Shown piece after piece: positions 19,020 to 28,197 of a stretch of DNA of 52,700 nucleotides. The first letter of the stretch is position 1; each line of letters begins with the position of its first letter. The notes beneath the pieces were generated by a model. It did not search any database. It was given only the letters and a program-made list of their open reading frames with translations, and was not told the DNA's origin. A program made the translations under genes and the position numbers. This DNA is from a bacterium (GTDB lineage: Bacteria > CLD3 > SB21), in NCBI GenBank assembly GCA_013360215.1, contig JABWCP010000039.1, positions 1 to 52,700 on the forward strand. Direction: 5' to 3'.

Positions 19020-19901
19020 ATGGAGCTTAAAAGCCGTCACTTGCTCGGCCTCAAAGGAATGAGCGCTGAAGAGATCGAGCTGATACTCGAGACGGCTCTG
19101 TCGTTTAAAGAAGTTCTCAATCGCCCTGTAAAAAAAGTTCCCACCCTTCAGGGTTTTACCATTGCTAATTTGTTTTTTGAGCCGTCCACCAGAACGCGCA
19201 TCTCGTTTGAATTAGCTCAAAAAAGATTGTCCGCCGACACGGTCAATTTTACACCATCGGGCAGCAGTACATCCAAAGGCGAAACGCTCAAAGATACCGC
19301 GCGTAATATTGAAGCTATGAAGGTAGATATGGTGGTGATTCGCCATTCGGCTGCGGGTGCGGCTTGGTTTTTATCGCAACGTTTACAAACCAATGTCATC
19401 AATGCCGGCGATGGAGCGCACGAACATCCGACACAAGCACTTTTAGACATATTGACTCTGCGTGAAAAATACGGATCTCTGAAAGGTTTGCGCGTAACCA
19501 TCGTGGGCGATATCACCCACAGCCGCGTGGCCAAATCCAACATCTATGCGCTCAAAACATTGGGCGCGGAAGTTGCCGTCTGCGGACCGCCGACGTTTAT
19601 CCCGCGTAACATGGCGGACCGCCATTCGGATGTGCTCAATGTGCTGCGTATCCAGCTTGAACGTCAGTCTTCAGGACTCTTTCCGTCCATTCGTGAATAC
19701 CATGCGCGATTTGGTATTAACAAAGAAAAATTAGCGCTCGGTTCGAAGCATATGACGATCATGCATCCGGGGCCTATCAATCGCGGCGTAGAGCTTGACA
19801 GCGAAGTGGCCGACGGCGAATATTCCGTCATCTTGGATCAGGTGCTCAATGGCGTCGCCACACGCATGGCCGTAATGTATCTTTTGAGTGTTACTAAATA
19901 G
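19020..19901 (+). CDS. pyrB: Aspartate carbamoyltransferase catalytic subunit
   Basis: FFEPSTRTRISFE, NAGDGAHEHPTQALLD, LRIQLER, MHPGPINRGVE; apparent short in-frame deletion near 19620. Confidence 0.96.
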   Translation: MELKSRHLLGLKGMSAEEIELILETALSFKEVLNRPVKKVPTLQGFTIANLFFEPSTRTRISFELAQKRLSADTVNFTPSGSSTSKGETLKDTARNIEAMKVDMVVIRHSAAGAAWFLSQRLQTNVINAGDGAHEHPTQALLDILTLREKYGSLKGLRVTIVGDITHSRVAKSNIYALKTLGAEVAVCGPPTFIPRNMADRHSDVLNVLRIQLERQSSGLFPSIREYHARFGINKEKLALGSKHMTIMHPGPINRGVELDSEVADGEYSVILDQVLNGVATRMAVMYLLSVTK

Positions 19902-19982
19902 TTTTTTTTTAATGACCAAGCTTGTACAAACCATGTAAAATAGTCTGTGCAAGCATCACTACTTTTTAGGACTTAAACGCAT

Positions 19983-20993
19983 ATGCAATCCATTCTCGTC
20001 ACCGGCGGCGCCGGATTTATCGGAAGTAATTTTGTTCGCTACATGCTTAAAAAGTATCCGTCGTACCGTATCATCGTGCTCGATGCGCTTACGTACGCCG
20101 GTAATCGCGCCAATCTTGCCGATCTTGAAAAAAATCCGCGTTTCTTTTTTTATCATGGAAATATTTGCGACCGAAGTGTCGTAGACAATCTTGTATCCAA
20201 TGTGGACGCCGTGGTCAATTTCGCCGCGGAAACTCATGTGGATCGTTCTATCCATGAAGCGGATTCTTTTGCACAAACGGATGTTTTGGGCACTATGGTA
20301 TTGCTTGAGGCGGCAAAAAAATACAACATCGCGCGGTACCTGCAGATTTCCACCGACGAAGTTTATGGTTCAATTGAAAACGGCGAATTCACCGAAGAAC
20401 ATTCACTTTCACCCAATAGTCCGTATTCCGCCAGCAAAGCCGGCGGCGACATGATGGTGCGCGCTTATCATAAAACGTACGGTGTCCCGACTTTGATCAC
20501 CCGCGCATCCAATAACTACGGCCCCTATCAATATCCGGAAAAACTGATTCCGCTTTTTGTCACCAATGCTCTGGATAATATTCCTGTTCCTCTCTATGGC
20601 GACGGTATGAATGTGCGCGACTGGTTATATGTCGAAGACCATTGCTCGGCCGTGGATTATGTGCTTCATCACGGCGTGATCGGCGAAGTCTATAATATCG
20701 GCGGGGGTAACGAACGCACCAACGTCACCATAACACACACCATCCTAAAGGCACTGAATAGACCCGAATCTCTGATCAAACGCGTAGCCGACCGCCCCGG
20801 CCATGATCGCCGGTATGCCGTGGATACTTCCAAAGTGCGTCGTCTGGGTTGGAAACCTGCTTACAATTTTGAAGAAGCCATCGTCGAAACCATCCAATGG
20901 TATGTGAAAAATGAATCCTGGTGGCGCGCTATCAAAGAAAAACAAAAAGCATTTCAGGAATTCATGAAAAAGAACTACGAAGATCGGAAATAA
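19983..20993 (+). CDS. rfbB: dTDP-glucose 4,6-dehydratase
   Basis: GGAGFIG, DALTYAG, AAETHVDRS, STDEVYG, YSASK, DRPGHDRRY. Confidence 0.97.
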   Translation: MQSILVTGGAGFIGSNFVRYMLKKYPSYRIIVLDALTYAGNRANLADLEKNPRFFFYHGNICDRSVVDNLVSNVDAVVNFAAETHVDRSIHEADSFAQTDVLGTMVLLEAAKKYNIARYLQISTDEVYGSIENGEFTEEHSLSPNSPYSASKAGGDMMVRAYHKTYGVPTLITRASNNYGPYQYPEKLIPLFVTNALDNIPVPLYGDGMNVRDWLYVEDHCSAVDYVLHHGVIGEVYNIGGGNERTNVTITHTILKALNRPESLIKRVADRPGHDRRYAVDTSKVRRLGWKPAYNFEEAIVETIQWYVKNESWWRAIKEKQKAFQEFMKKNYEDRK

Positions 20994-20994
20994 T

Positions 20995-21477
20995 ATGGCC
21001 GACAGCGCACACAAAACACTGGAAGACCTCATTAAGAGTGTCGAAATTTTCAACGGATTGGATACCCGCGACATCAACAAAGTTCTAAAAGTCGCTACCG
21101 GGAAAAAATTTGAAACCGATGCGGTGGTGTTTCGAGAAGGCGATCAGGGTGATTGTTTTTACCTGATCATCGAAGGGAAAGTGCGTGTTTCCAAAAGTGT
21201 GAGTAACGATAAAATTGAGGAAGTTGCCATTCTGAGCGCCGGTGATTATTTCGGTGAGATGGCACTTTTTGACGGGGAACCGCGTTCCGCGTCCGTAGTT
21301 GCGATCGAGTCCACCAAACTTCTGGAAGTTAAAAACAGTCAGTTTATCAAAATCATCATGAGCGATGAGAATTTTTCACGCAAAGTCCTGTGGGCTTTTT
21401 GTTCGACTTTCGCCAAACGCTTGCGTGCAACCAATCATCTGCTGAGCATTTTCGCTAAAAATCAAACCCCGCGCTGA
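20995..21477 (+). CDS. Stand-alone cyclic-nucleotide-binding domain protein
   Basis: FREGDQGD.FYLI..G.V; FGEMAL..PRSASV phosphate-binding cassette; no HTH. Confidence 0.9.
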   Translation: MADSAHKTLEDLIKSVEIFNGLDTRDINKVLKVATGKKFETDAVVFREGDQGDCFYLIIEGKVRVSKSVSNDKIEEVAILSAGDYFGEMALFDGEPRSASVVAIESTKLLEVKNSQFIKIIMSDENFSRKVLWAFCSTFAKRLRATNHLLSIFAKNQTPR

Positions 21478-22345
21478 TACGGTGTGCTGACCCGAGGCTG
21501 TTGGTAAACGGCGTCCAAGCATAATCCAAACGCATGCGACGTTGAAAGATAAAACCAACACCGGCGCTGATATTGCGCGAAGCATAACCCCAAACGTACC
21601 CCAACCGAATACATACCTTTTCCTGAAACACGTATTCACTTCCCGTATGCAAACGCGGTGATGCGCCGTAGGTTTTGATCACGTCGGCCATGAGGTCCGC
21701 GCGATGCCGGTTTTCCTGGCGATACACCGTATAACCGCCCGATAATCGCACTTGAAACGGGAGTCTTATGCGTTCATCGATTAACTTACCCGAACGTCCA
21801 AGATTTTGAAAACTAAAACCTGCACGCCATGTTTCATTGGGCACATAATACAATCCCCCGTCCCATGCCCAGGCCGTAACCGTATTTTGTATGCGTTCAT
21901 AAATATATTTCGTACCGATACCGGCATGCCAACGGTCATTAAGAGCGCGGGACAACACAAAACCAATCGCCAAATCGTGCGAGGAAAAATACGCGGTCGG
22001 TTCCTCCGAGGGTATATCGCGCTGAGGAATATCATCCACGCCGGTGTACAGGTAATACAATGACCACGCCCACGATCCGGTTTTAAATTTTCCCGAAAAC
22101 GCCTGATAATCGGTGCTTTCAATCCACCGGTTATAAGTGAAAGCCACACTATGGGATGGTGTCAAGGAAAGATTGGCCGGATTTACCAAAACCCCCATAG
22201 GATCTTGACCGTCGTACGTGCTCACCTCGCCCATTGCCGAGGAACGGGCGCTGGCATTGATCTTAAGAAAAGCAAATCCCGTCTCGCCGGATCCGGCATG
22301 AAGTGAAATCGTCAGCGAAAAAAACAATATTAAACGCACTGTCAT
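21455..22345 (-). CDS. PorV/PorQ-like (UPF0164) outer-membrane beta-barrel protein
   Basis: Signal peptide, then FLKINASARSSAMGE and NPANL; C-terminal HRISAGFDF; start placed at MTVRL. Confidence 0.8.
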   Translation of the reverse strand: MTVRLILFFSLTISLHAGSGETGFAFLKINASARSSAMGEVSTYDGQDPMGVLVNPANLSLTPSHSVAFTYNRWIESTDYQAFSGKFKTGSWAWSLYYLYTGVDDIPQRDIPSEEPTAYFSSHDLAIGFVLSRALNDRWHAGIGTKYIYERIQNTVTAWAWDGGLYYVPNETWRAGFSFQNLGRSGKLIDERIRLPFQVRLSGGYTVYRQENRHRADLMADVIKTYGASPRLHTGSEYVFQEKVCIRLGYVWGYASRNISAGVGFIFQRRMRLDYAWTPFTNSLGSAHRISAGFDF

Positions 22346-22346
22346 T

Positions 22347-23942
22347 TTATTTGGGAAATGTAAAAATAAATGTTGTACCGCTGCCGATTCGGGTTTCGAT
22401 CTGAACTTTTCCGCGATGCGCTTCGACAATGGATTTGACAATCGGCAAACCCAAGCCCGTACCGTGTTTTTTGGTGGTAACGAACGGTTTGAATATTTGA
22501 GGCAATACATCTTCCGGTATACCCGGTCCTGTGTCGGAAATACGGATCACCAAATCATTTTTTTCAAAAGCGGCCGTAACGGATATATGCCCCGCATCGC
22601 CCATTGCATCGCAGGCATTGGTAAGTATATTATAAAAAACACGGCAGATTTTATCTTTATCGAGAGGAAATTCCAAACCTTCAGGGATGGATGTCTGCAT
22701 AGTGATTTTTTTACCGGCGGTATCAAGCAACGGCATCACCATATCAAAAATTTCGCTGATGCGTACCGGTGTGGGACTGGCTTTGACGGAACCATCCCCG
22801 TAAATCAACACTTCCTGCGACATCCCCATCATAAGCGACGAAAATTTCACGATTTTTTCTACTAATTCTTTTCGCTCTTCTTCCGTCGCGGCTGTCTTGA
22901 TCAGTTTCGCATAATTATAAACAACCGACAGCAGGTTTTTAAAATCATGCAACAGCGAACTCGACGCTTTACCGACGGCGGACATTTTTTCGTCAAACAT
23001 CGCTTTACGCATCAGGCGCATATTGCGCAACACCATAGATACATCCGACGCCAGCGTAGTCATAAAGGCTTCATCTTCCGGTTCCCATCGAAACTTTTGC
23101 GCGGACTTCACGGCAATAAAACCGTGATTTTGTCGCGGATCATTGATCGGCGCGATCATTATACTGGCCGCATTTTTCCAAAACGCTTGCGGCTCCATCG
23201 TGTCACGAAATTCGTACGCCGCAAAGTCTTCCATCGTCAGTGTTTTTTTAAGAGCCGCTAACTTAGCCGTGCCTTTATCCGTTTCACTAAAATCGATCAT
23301 ACGCCAGCCCGACACTTCTTGAATGCTTGTATGGTATCTGCCCGACTCGGGATCATCCAATACTAAGAGTACATCATGGCATAATATCTGACTGCGAACA
23401 ATAACAGGTACAACACGAAACAACCCGACTTCTTCACGTTCGGCGCCGAGTGTTTTATTAAATTCGATCAAACTTTGGAAGCGTTCCAACTGTTTGGCGT
23501 GATAACGCTCCTTTTCTTCCATGGATTGCATAATCTGATCGTTGGACAAGCGCAGACGCATGCTGATCGTTCGTAGAATATTGACCGCTACCCGCGGTTC
23601 ACGGATCATCATCGCATTAAATTCGTTTTTACCGATCACACCGGCCACCGAATCCTCTGTAGCAACAACCCGTGCCGAACGCGGTGCATCATCGAGTAAC
23701 GCCATTTCACCAAAAAAATCGCCGGCATGCCGCTCGGTAAGTATCATCTCGCGACCGTCCAATCCGTTGCGTGTGATTTTAACATTGCCCGCGATCAACA
23801 GATACAAATAGCTTCCCGGCACACCCTCGTCAATCAGTACCGCGTTTTTCGGAAAATCTTTAATACGAATAAATTCTTCGAGTTTGGCGATTTCTGTCTC
23901 GGGCAAACCCGAAAAAAGACTGTTTCCTTTCAGTCGCTGCAT
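22347..23942 (-). CDS. cNMP-binding/GAF sensor histidine kinase
   Basis: FFGEMALLDDAPRSA; GAF-like middle region; HDFKN H-box, NACDA, DTGPG, GTGLGL. Confidence 0.9.
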   Translation of the reverse strand: MQRLKGNSLFSGLPETEIAKLEEFIRIKDFPKNAVLIDEGVPGSYLYLLIAGNVKITRNGLDGREMILTERHAGDFFGEMALLDDAPRSARVVATEDSVAGVIGKNEFNAMMIREPRVAVNILRTISMRLRLSNDQIMQSMEEKERYHAKQLERFQSLIEFNKTLGAEREEVGLFRVVPVIVRSQILCHDVLLVLDDPESGRYHTSIQEVSGWRMIDFSETDKGTAKLAALKKTLTMEDFAAYEFRDTMEPQAFWKNAASIMIAPINDPRQNHGFIAVKSAQKFRWEPEDEAFMTTLASDVSMVLRNMRLMRKAMFDEKMSAVGKASSSLLHDFKNLLSVVYNYAKLIKTAATEEERKELVEKIVKFSSLMMGMSQEVLIYGDGSVKASPTPVRISEIFDMVMPLLDTAGKKITMQTSIPEGLEFPLDKDKICRVFYNILTNACDAMGDAGHISVTAAFEKNDLVIRISDTGPGIPEDVLPQIFKPFVTTKKHGTGLGLPIVKSIVEAHRGKVQIETRIGSGTTFIFTFPK

Positions 23943-23944
23943 AT

Positions 23945-25456
23945 TTAATTCCTTGTAAAAAAGGCAAGGCGTCCGATAATCATATCTTGTATTCTATCTA
24001 TTTCGAGACGATCTGTGGTAAAATTATTGCACATGACACTATAAACCAATTCTTCTCCGTCGCGCGTTTTTACAAAACCTGAAATAGTTCGGACATTATC
24101 AAGATATCCTGTTTTGGCACGCGCATTACCTTCGGCCAAAGTCCCTTTCATGCGCGACTTGACGGTGCCTTCTTCACCGGCCAAAGGCAGTGATTCGTAA
24201 AAAGTTTTCCAATTTTTGTGTTTGCGAACCCACGTCAATAATGTGACAATATCCTGAGGTGACACAAGATTGCCGCGCGCATAACCCGATCCGTCGCAAA
24301 TACTTATTTTATCCGGATTCAGTCCGACGGATTTTAAAAATTTTTCTTCCAACGCCAACGCACGTTTGGAAGTTCCCGACGAATCTTTCACCGCCGCCAC
24401 CGTACGCCATAATAACTCGGCGTATAGATTGTGACTGTTTTTATTGATTATTTTCATCAACTCGGGCATGGCCGGTGAAACATACCGTGCAATACGTATC
24501 ATATTGGAATCGGTTTCATTGTATACATACCTCACCAGATCATCGGCATCAACGGCAGCGCTATCCACGCGTATGTTTCTGGATTGGAGGATTTCACTAA
24601 AAACGTGTGCCGTGTAGCGTGTCGGATTCTCTACGGTCACATACCCGTGTTGCGGATCGCTCTCAGTGAGAATACTACCTATAAAATCCACTTCATTGGC
24701 AGCGCGTCGACGTATCGCATCTACTTTGACCGCTTCCGATTTTGACGAGACGGTTTTAACAAAGTTATTAATTTTGATATACTGCGTCGGCGGTATCAGA
24801 ATAATCTTAGCCGGTTCGCCGATGCGCGTGGGTTTGACATACCAATCCACGCAGTTATCGTTAAAATTGAGTCCGCTGATTTGTGCCGAGTACCAATACG
24901 ATTCTTCCGTAGATTCCCAATAATCCCCGAGCACATCGTCGCCCATAAGACCGTTATCATCGCCGATGATGCGACCGCGAATGGATTTGATCCCTTTTCG
25001 TTGTACGCTATCCGCCCAATCTTCTAAAATTTTTGTAATTTTATTTTCATAAAAGCGTCCGGAAATCGTCGGGTCACCCGCACCGCGAATTATAATATCG
25101 CCCGTAAAAACCGAATCCGAATCCAGCACACCTTTAGCAAAAACCTGTGTGACATAGGCAAAATCGGCGCCCAATTGATCCAACGCAAAAATGGAGGAAA
25201 AAATTTTCCGATTGGATGCCGGGATGAGATTTTTTTTAGGATTTACGGAAACCAACGTCTCGCCGTTTTTGAGCGATTGGACCACAATTCCCCACGACGC
25301 ATTCTCGACAAATTTTTGCCCGATGTCATCAAGGACATCCGCTTGCAACTGCTTGATAGCGGGCGATACATTCTGTTTTTTGGATTGTGATTTGAGATCC
25401 GGACTCCACACGATGCCGAGGATGCACCATAAAAACATCAATCGCATGCTGTTCAT
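23945..25456 (-). CDS. dacB: D-Ala-D-Ala carboxypeptidase/endopeptidase (PBP4, S13)
   Basis: PASNRK (SxxK), GAGDPT, SHN (SxN), DGSG, AKTG. Confidence 0.93.
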   Translation of the reverse strand: MNSMRLMFLWCILGIVWSPDLKSQSKKQNVSPAIKQLQADVLDDIGQKFVENASWGIVVQSLKNGETLVSVNPKKNLIPASNRKIFSSIFALDQLGADFAYVTQVFAKGVLDSDSVFTGDIIIRGAGDPTISGRFYENKITKILEDWADSVQRKGIKSIRGRIIGDDNGLMGDDVLGDYWESTEESYWYSAQISGLNFNDNCVDWYVKPTRIGEPAKIILIPPTQYIKINNFVKTVSSKSEAVKVDAIRRRAANEVDFIGSILTESDPQHGYVTVENPTRYTAHVFSEILQSRNIRVDSAAVDADDLVRYVYNETDSNMIRIARYVSPAMPELMKIINKNSHNLYAELLWRTVAAVKDSSGTSKRALALEEKFLKSVGLNPDKISICDGSGYARGNLVSPQDIVTLLTWVRKHKNWKTFYESLPLAGEEGTVKSRMKGTLAEGNARAKTGYLDNVRTISGFVKTRDGEELVYSVMCNNFTTDRLEIDRIQDMIIGRLAFFTRN

Positions 25457-25462
25457 TTCTCT

Positions 25463-26755
25463 TTATTTTTTGAGGCCGCGTGTTATGATGAGGCTGCCCA
25501 GCTGATAGTAGAAGTAGTATTCCCCGTTAGGTAATTCTGCATCGTTTTCATCCGTACCGGCCCACTCGATCGTAAATTGTCCGTCGGATAAATCGGATTC
25601 GATATCAAAATATTTACGTGCCGGCTTTCCGTCCGGGTAATAGAGATACATACTGACTTTTTTGTACGCAGACGACATGAGGACGTCGGCATTATTGGGC
25701 TTGGTAAAATCCGGTGCATACACGATGATCAGTTTTCCTTGCGCAAAAGTATTTTGCGGCGCCGGATCAGGTTGCTGATTCATATAAATCGTTACTTGCG
25801 CATTGGCCGAATCCAGAAGCGCAATATCGGCTTTTTTATCTTTGTTAAAATCCCCGACACAAAACGACGTCGAACCTGCAGGAACTTTGAGTGTAAATAT
25901 GTTATCCAAAATAAGACCATTGGCTTCTGCTTTGATCACCGCGATCGTACTTTTGTTGCGATCAAAAAGAAACGCATCTTCGAATCCGTCGTTATTACCG
26001 TCCGCATGGTGGGTAAATTGCGGTAAGGCCAACATATCTATTTTGGCCGTGTTGATTTCGTATTTGTAACCTTTGAGTTCGACCATATTCGCCAGTGTGA
26101 CATACGATGCGGCTTCATAACTAATCACCATATGGGAAAATCCGTTGCCCGAATAATCATCGCTGCGTATGGCCGACGGTACGTCATCAAGAATTTTTAC
26201 GGCCGATAGTTTGTACGATGTGCCCTTATAAATATGAAGCTCTTTTGTCGCTTTGATTACGATCGCGATATCAATCTTACCATCCTTGTCATAATCGCCA
26301 AGATTGATCAGCGAAGGCTCCCCTTTGATTTTGATCGGGTCTTTAGCTTTAAATCCGCCGGATTTTTGGTTCATAAAAACAGATACCGTTTGCGCAGGGC
26401 CGTTGGCCGTAACGATATCAGGCATACCGTCATTATCTAAATCGCCCACCTGTATGTCTACGGCAAACTTCTCGCTGGCAAGATCAATTTTATTTTTGAA
26501 AGTTCCGTCGCCTTTGCCGTACAAAACGGAAATAATACCCGAACCGTCTAGGTCGTTTTTTCCGGAGGTCACCACGTCCATAAATCCGTCGCGATTAAAA
26601 TCCCCGACATGGATGGCAAATGGTGTAAAATAGAGATTAAAGGGTGTGCCCGTCGTATAAATATCCTGTCCCAATGTGGGAAGCGCGAAACACAATGTCG
26701 CAATGACGGTAAGATATGAACGGCGATGAAACGATTTCATAAAAAATCTAAACAT
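25463..26755 (-). CDS. Secreted FG-GAP/VCBS-repeat protein with FlgD-Ig-like C-terminal domain
   Basis: GDFNRDGFMD, GDLDNDGMPD, GDYDKDGKID, GDFNKDKKAD; W-GTDEND-ELPNGEYYF tail. Confidence 0.82.
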   Translation of the reverse strand: MFRFFMKSFHRRSYLTVIATLCFALPTLGQDIYTTGTPFNLYFTPFAIHVGDFNRDGFMDVVTSGKNDLDGSGIISVLYGKGDGTFKNKIDLASEKFAVDIQVGDLDNDGMPDIVTANGPAQTVSVFMNQKSGGFKAKDPIKIKGEPSLINLGDYDKDGKIDIAIVIKATKELHIYKGTSYKLSAVKILDDVPSAIRSDDYSGNGFSHMVISYEAASYVTLANMVELKGYKYEINTAKIDMLALPQFTHHADGNNDGFEDAFLFDRNKSTIAVIKAEANGLILDNIFTLKVPAGSTSFCVGDFNKDKKADIALLDSANAQVTIYMNQQPDPAPQNTFAQGKLIIVYAPDFTKPNNADVLMSSAYKKVSMYLYYPDGKPARKYFDIESDLSDGQFTIEWAGTDENDAELPNGEYYFYYQLGSLIITRGLKK

Positions 26756-26916
26756 ACTAAATGATATTGCCCTACTCAGAAAGGAAGAACCAAATTAAAT
26801 GGGAAGAATTTTCCTCATGAAGTGAATATGTCCAATAAGAGCTATTAAATCAATAGTTATTAGGTAGTTTGCGTTTTGTAGTATATCCGATTTTGCCGGC
26901 TCTTTCTCGGATTTAG

Positions 26917-28179
26917 TTATGCTAATTTAGTCTTTAAGTACGACGTAAGTTCGTTGAGTGAAATTTGTTCCTGTGCACCATCGCTCATATTTTTTACGAC
27001 GGCCATGTTTTGAGCGATTTCATTATCGCCGAGTATTACGGTAAATCGTGCCTGCATACGATTGGCATCGCGCATCTGCGCCTTCATACTTCGCGCCAAT
27101 AAATCCGTGTCACAGGTCAACCCTTCGCGTCTTGCTTTTTGTATCAGCGGCATAGTGGCCCCTACCGCGGCCGCGCCGAGAGCGATAAAATACACATCCA
27201 ATTTTTCAGGTTCGCCGATCGGAATACCCTCCGCTTCTAAAACGATCATCAAACGCTCGATACCTGCCGCAAAACCTACAGCCGGTGTGGGTTTACCGCC
27301 AAATTCTTCCGCCAAAAGATCGTACCGTCCGCCACCGCCCAACGCGTTCTGCGAACCCAGATTACCGCTTTGAATTTCATATGCCGTTTTGGTGTAATAA
27401 TCAAGACCACGTACGAGCCGTCCGTCTATTTCGTACACGATACCCAACCCATTCAGCGAACTTTGGACGCGCGAAAAATGCGTTGCACAGTCCGTACATA
27501 AATGATCTTTCATCAACGGTGCCGATTGCGTCAGCGCGATGTCGCGTTCGTCTTTGGAATCCAAAATACGCATCGGGTTCACAACCAAGCGTTTGCGGCT
27601 CTCTTCCGACAATTGCTCTTTGACACCGTCAAGAAAAGCCACCAAGGCATCGCGGTAAGCGGGGCGGCATTGAGGGCAGCCGACACTATTGATTTTAAAA
27701 TTGAGCGCTTTGATACCCAGCTCTTCATATACAGTAAGTACGACCAACATCGTTTCGACGTCGGCTTCCGGTGAAGCGCTGCCGAGCGCTTCGACTCCGA
27801 ACTGATGAAACTGACGCAGACGCCCTTTTTGGGGACGCTCTTGACGAAACATCGGGCCCATATACCAGCATTTATTCAAGGGAAGTTGCTCGCCGAGACT
27901 GTTTTCGATGTATGAGCGCATAACCGAAGCCGTCAATTCGGGTCGCAGTGTCAGGCTCTCCTGGCCTTTATCCAAAAAAGTGTACATTTCTTTTCCGACA
28001 ACATCCGTCGCTTCGCCGATCCCGCGCGCAAAAAGTTCGGTATATTCAAACATCGGTGTGCGAATTTCTTTGTAGTTGAAACGGCGCATCACATCGGCGA
28101 TTTTACGCTCGACATATTGCCATTTATAACTGTCAGACGGTAACACATCTTTGGTTCCGGTCGGCATACGATACGTCAC
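26917..28179 (-). CDS. hisS: Histidine--tRNA ligase
   Basis: LRPELTAS, FRQERPQKGRLRQFHQ, LVRGLDYY, GGGRYD, GFAAGIER. Confidence 0.98.
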   Translation of the reverse strand: MTYRMPTGTKDVLPSDSYKWQYVERKIADVMRRFNYKEIRTPMFEYTELFARGIGEATDVVGKEMYTFLDKGQESLTLRPELTASVMRSYIENSLGEQLPLNKCWYMGPMFRQERPQKGRLRQFHQFGVEALGSASPEADVETMLVVLTVYEELGIKALNFKINSVGCPQCRPAYRDALVAFLDGVKEQLSEESRKRLVVNPMRILDSKDERDIALTQSAPLMKDHLCTDCATHFSRVQSSLNGLGIVYEIDGRLVRGLDYYTKTAYEIQSGNLGSQNALGGGGRYDLLAEEFGGKPTPAVGFAAGIERLMIVLEAEGIPIGEPEKLDVYFIALGAAAVGATMPLIQKARREGLTCDTDLLARSMKAQMRDANRMQARFTVILGDNEIAQNMAVVKNMSDGAQEQISLNELTSYLKTKLA

Positions 28180-28197
28180 AAGGGACTCCTAAAAGAC

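Noticed and set aside
19020-20993. pyrB without pyrC/pyrR and rfbB without rfbACD
   Set aside because: Scattered pathway genes are common; the partners are probably elsewhere in the genome.
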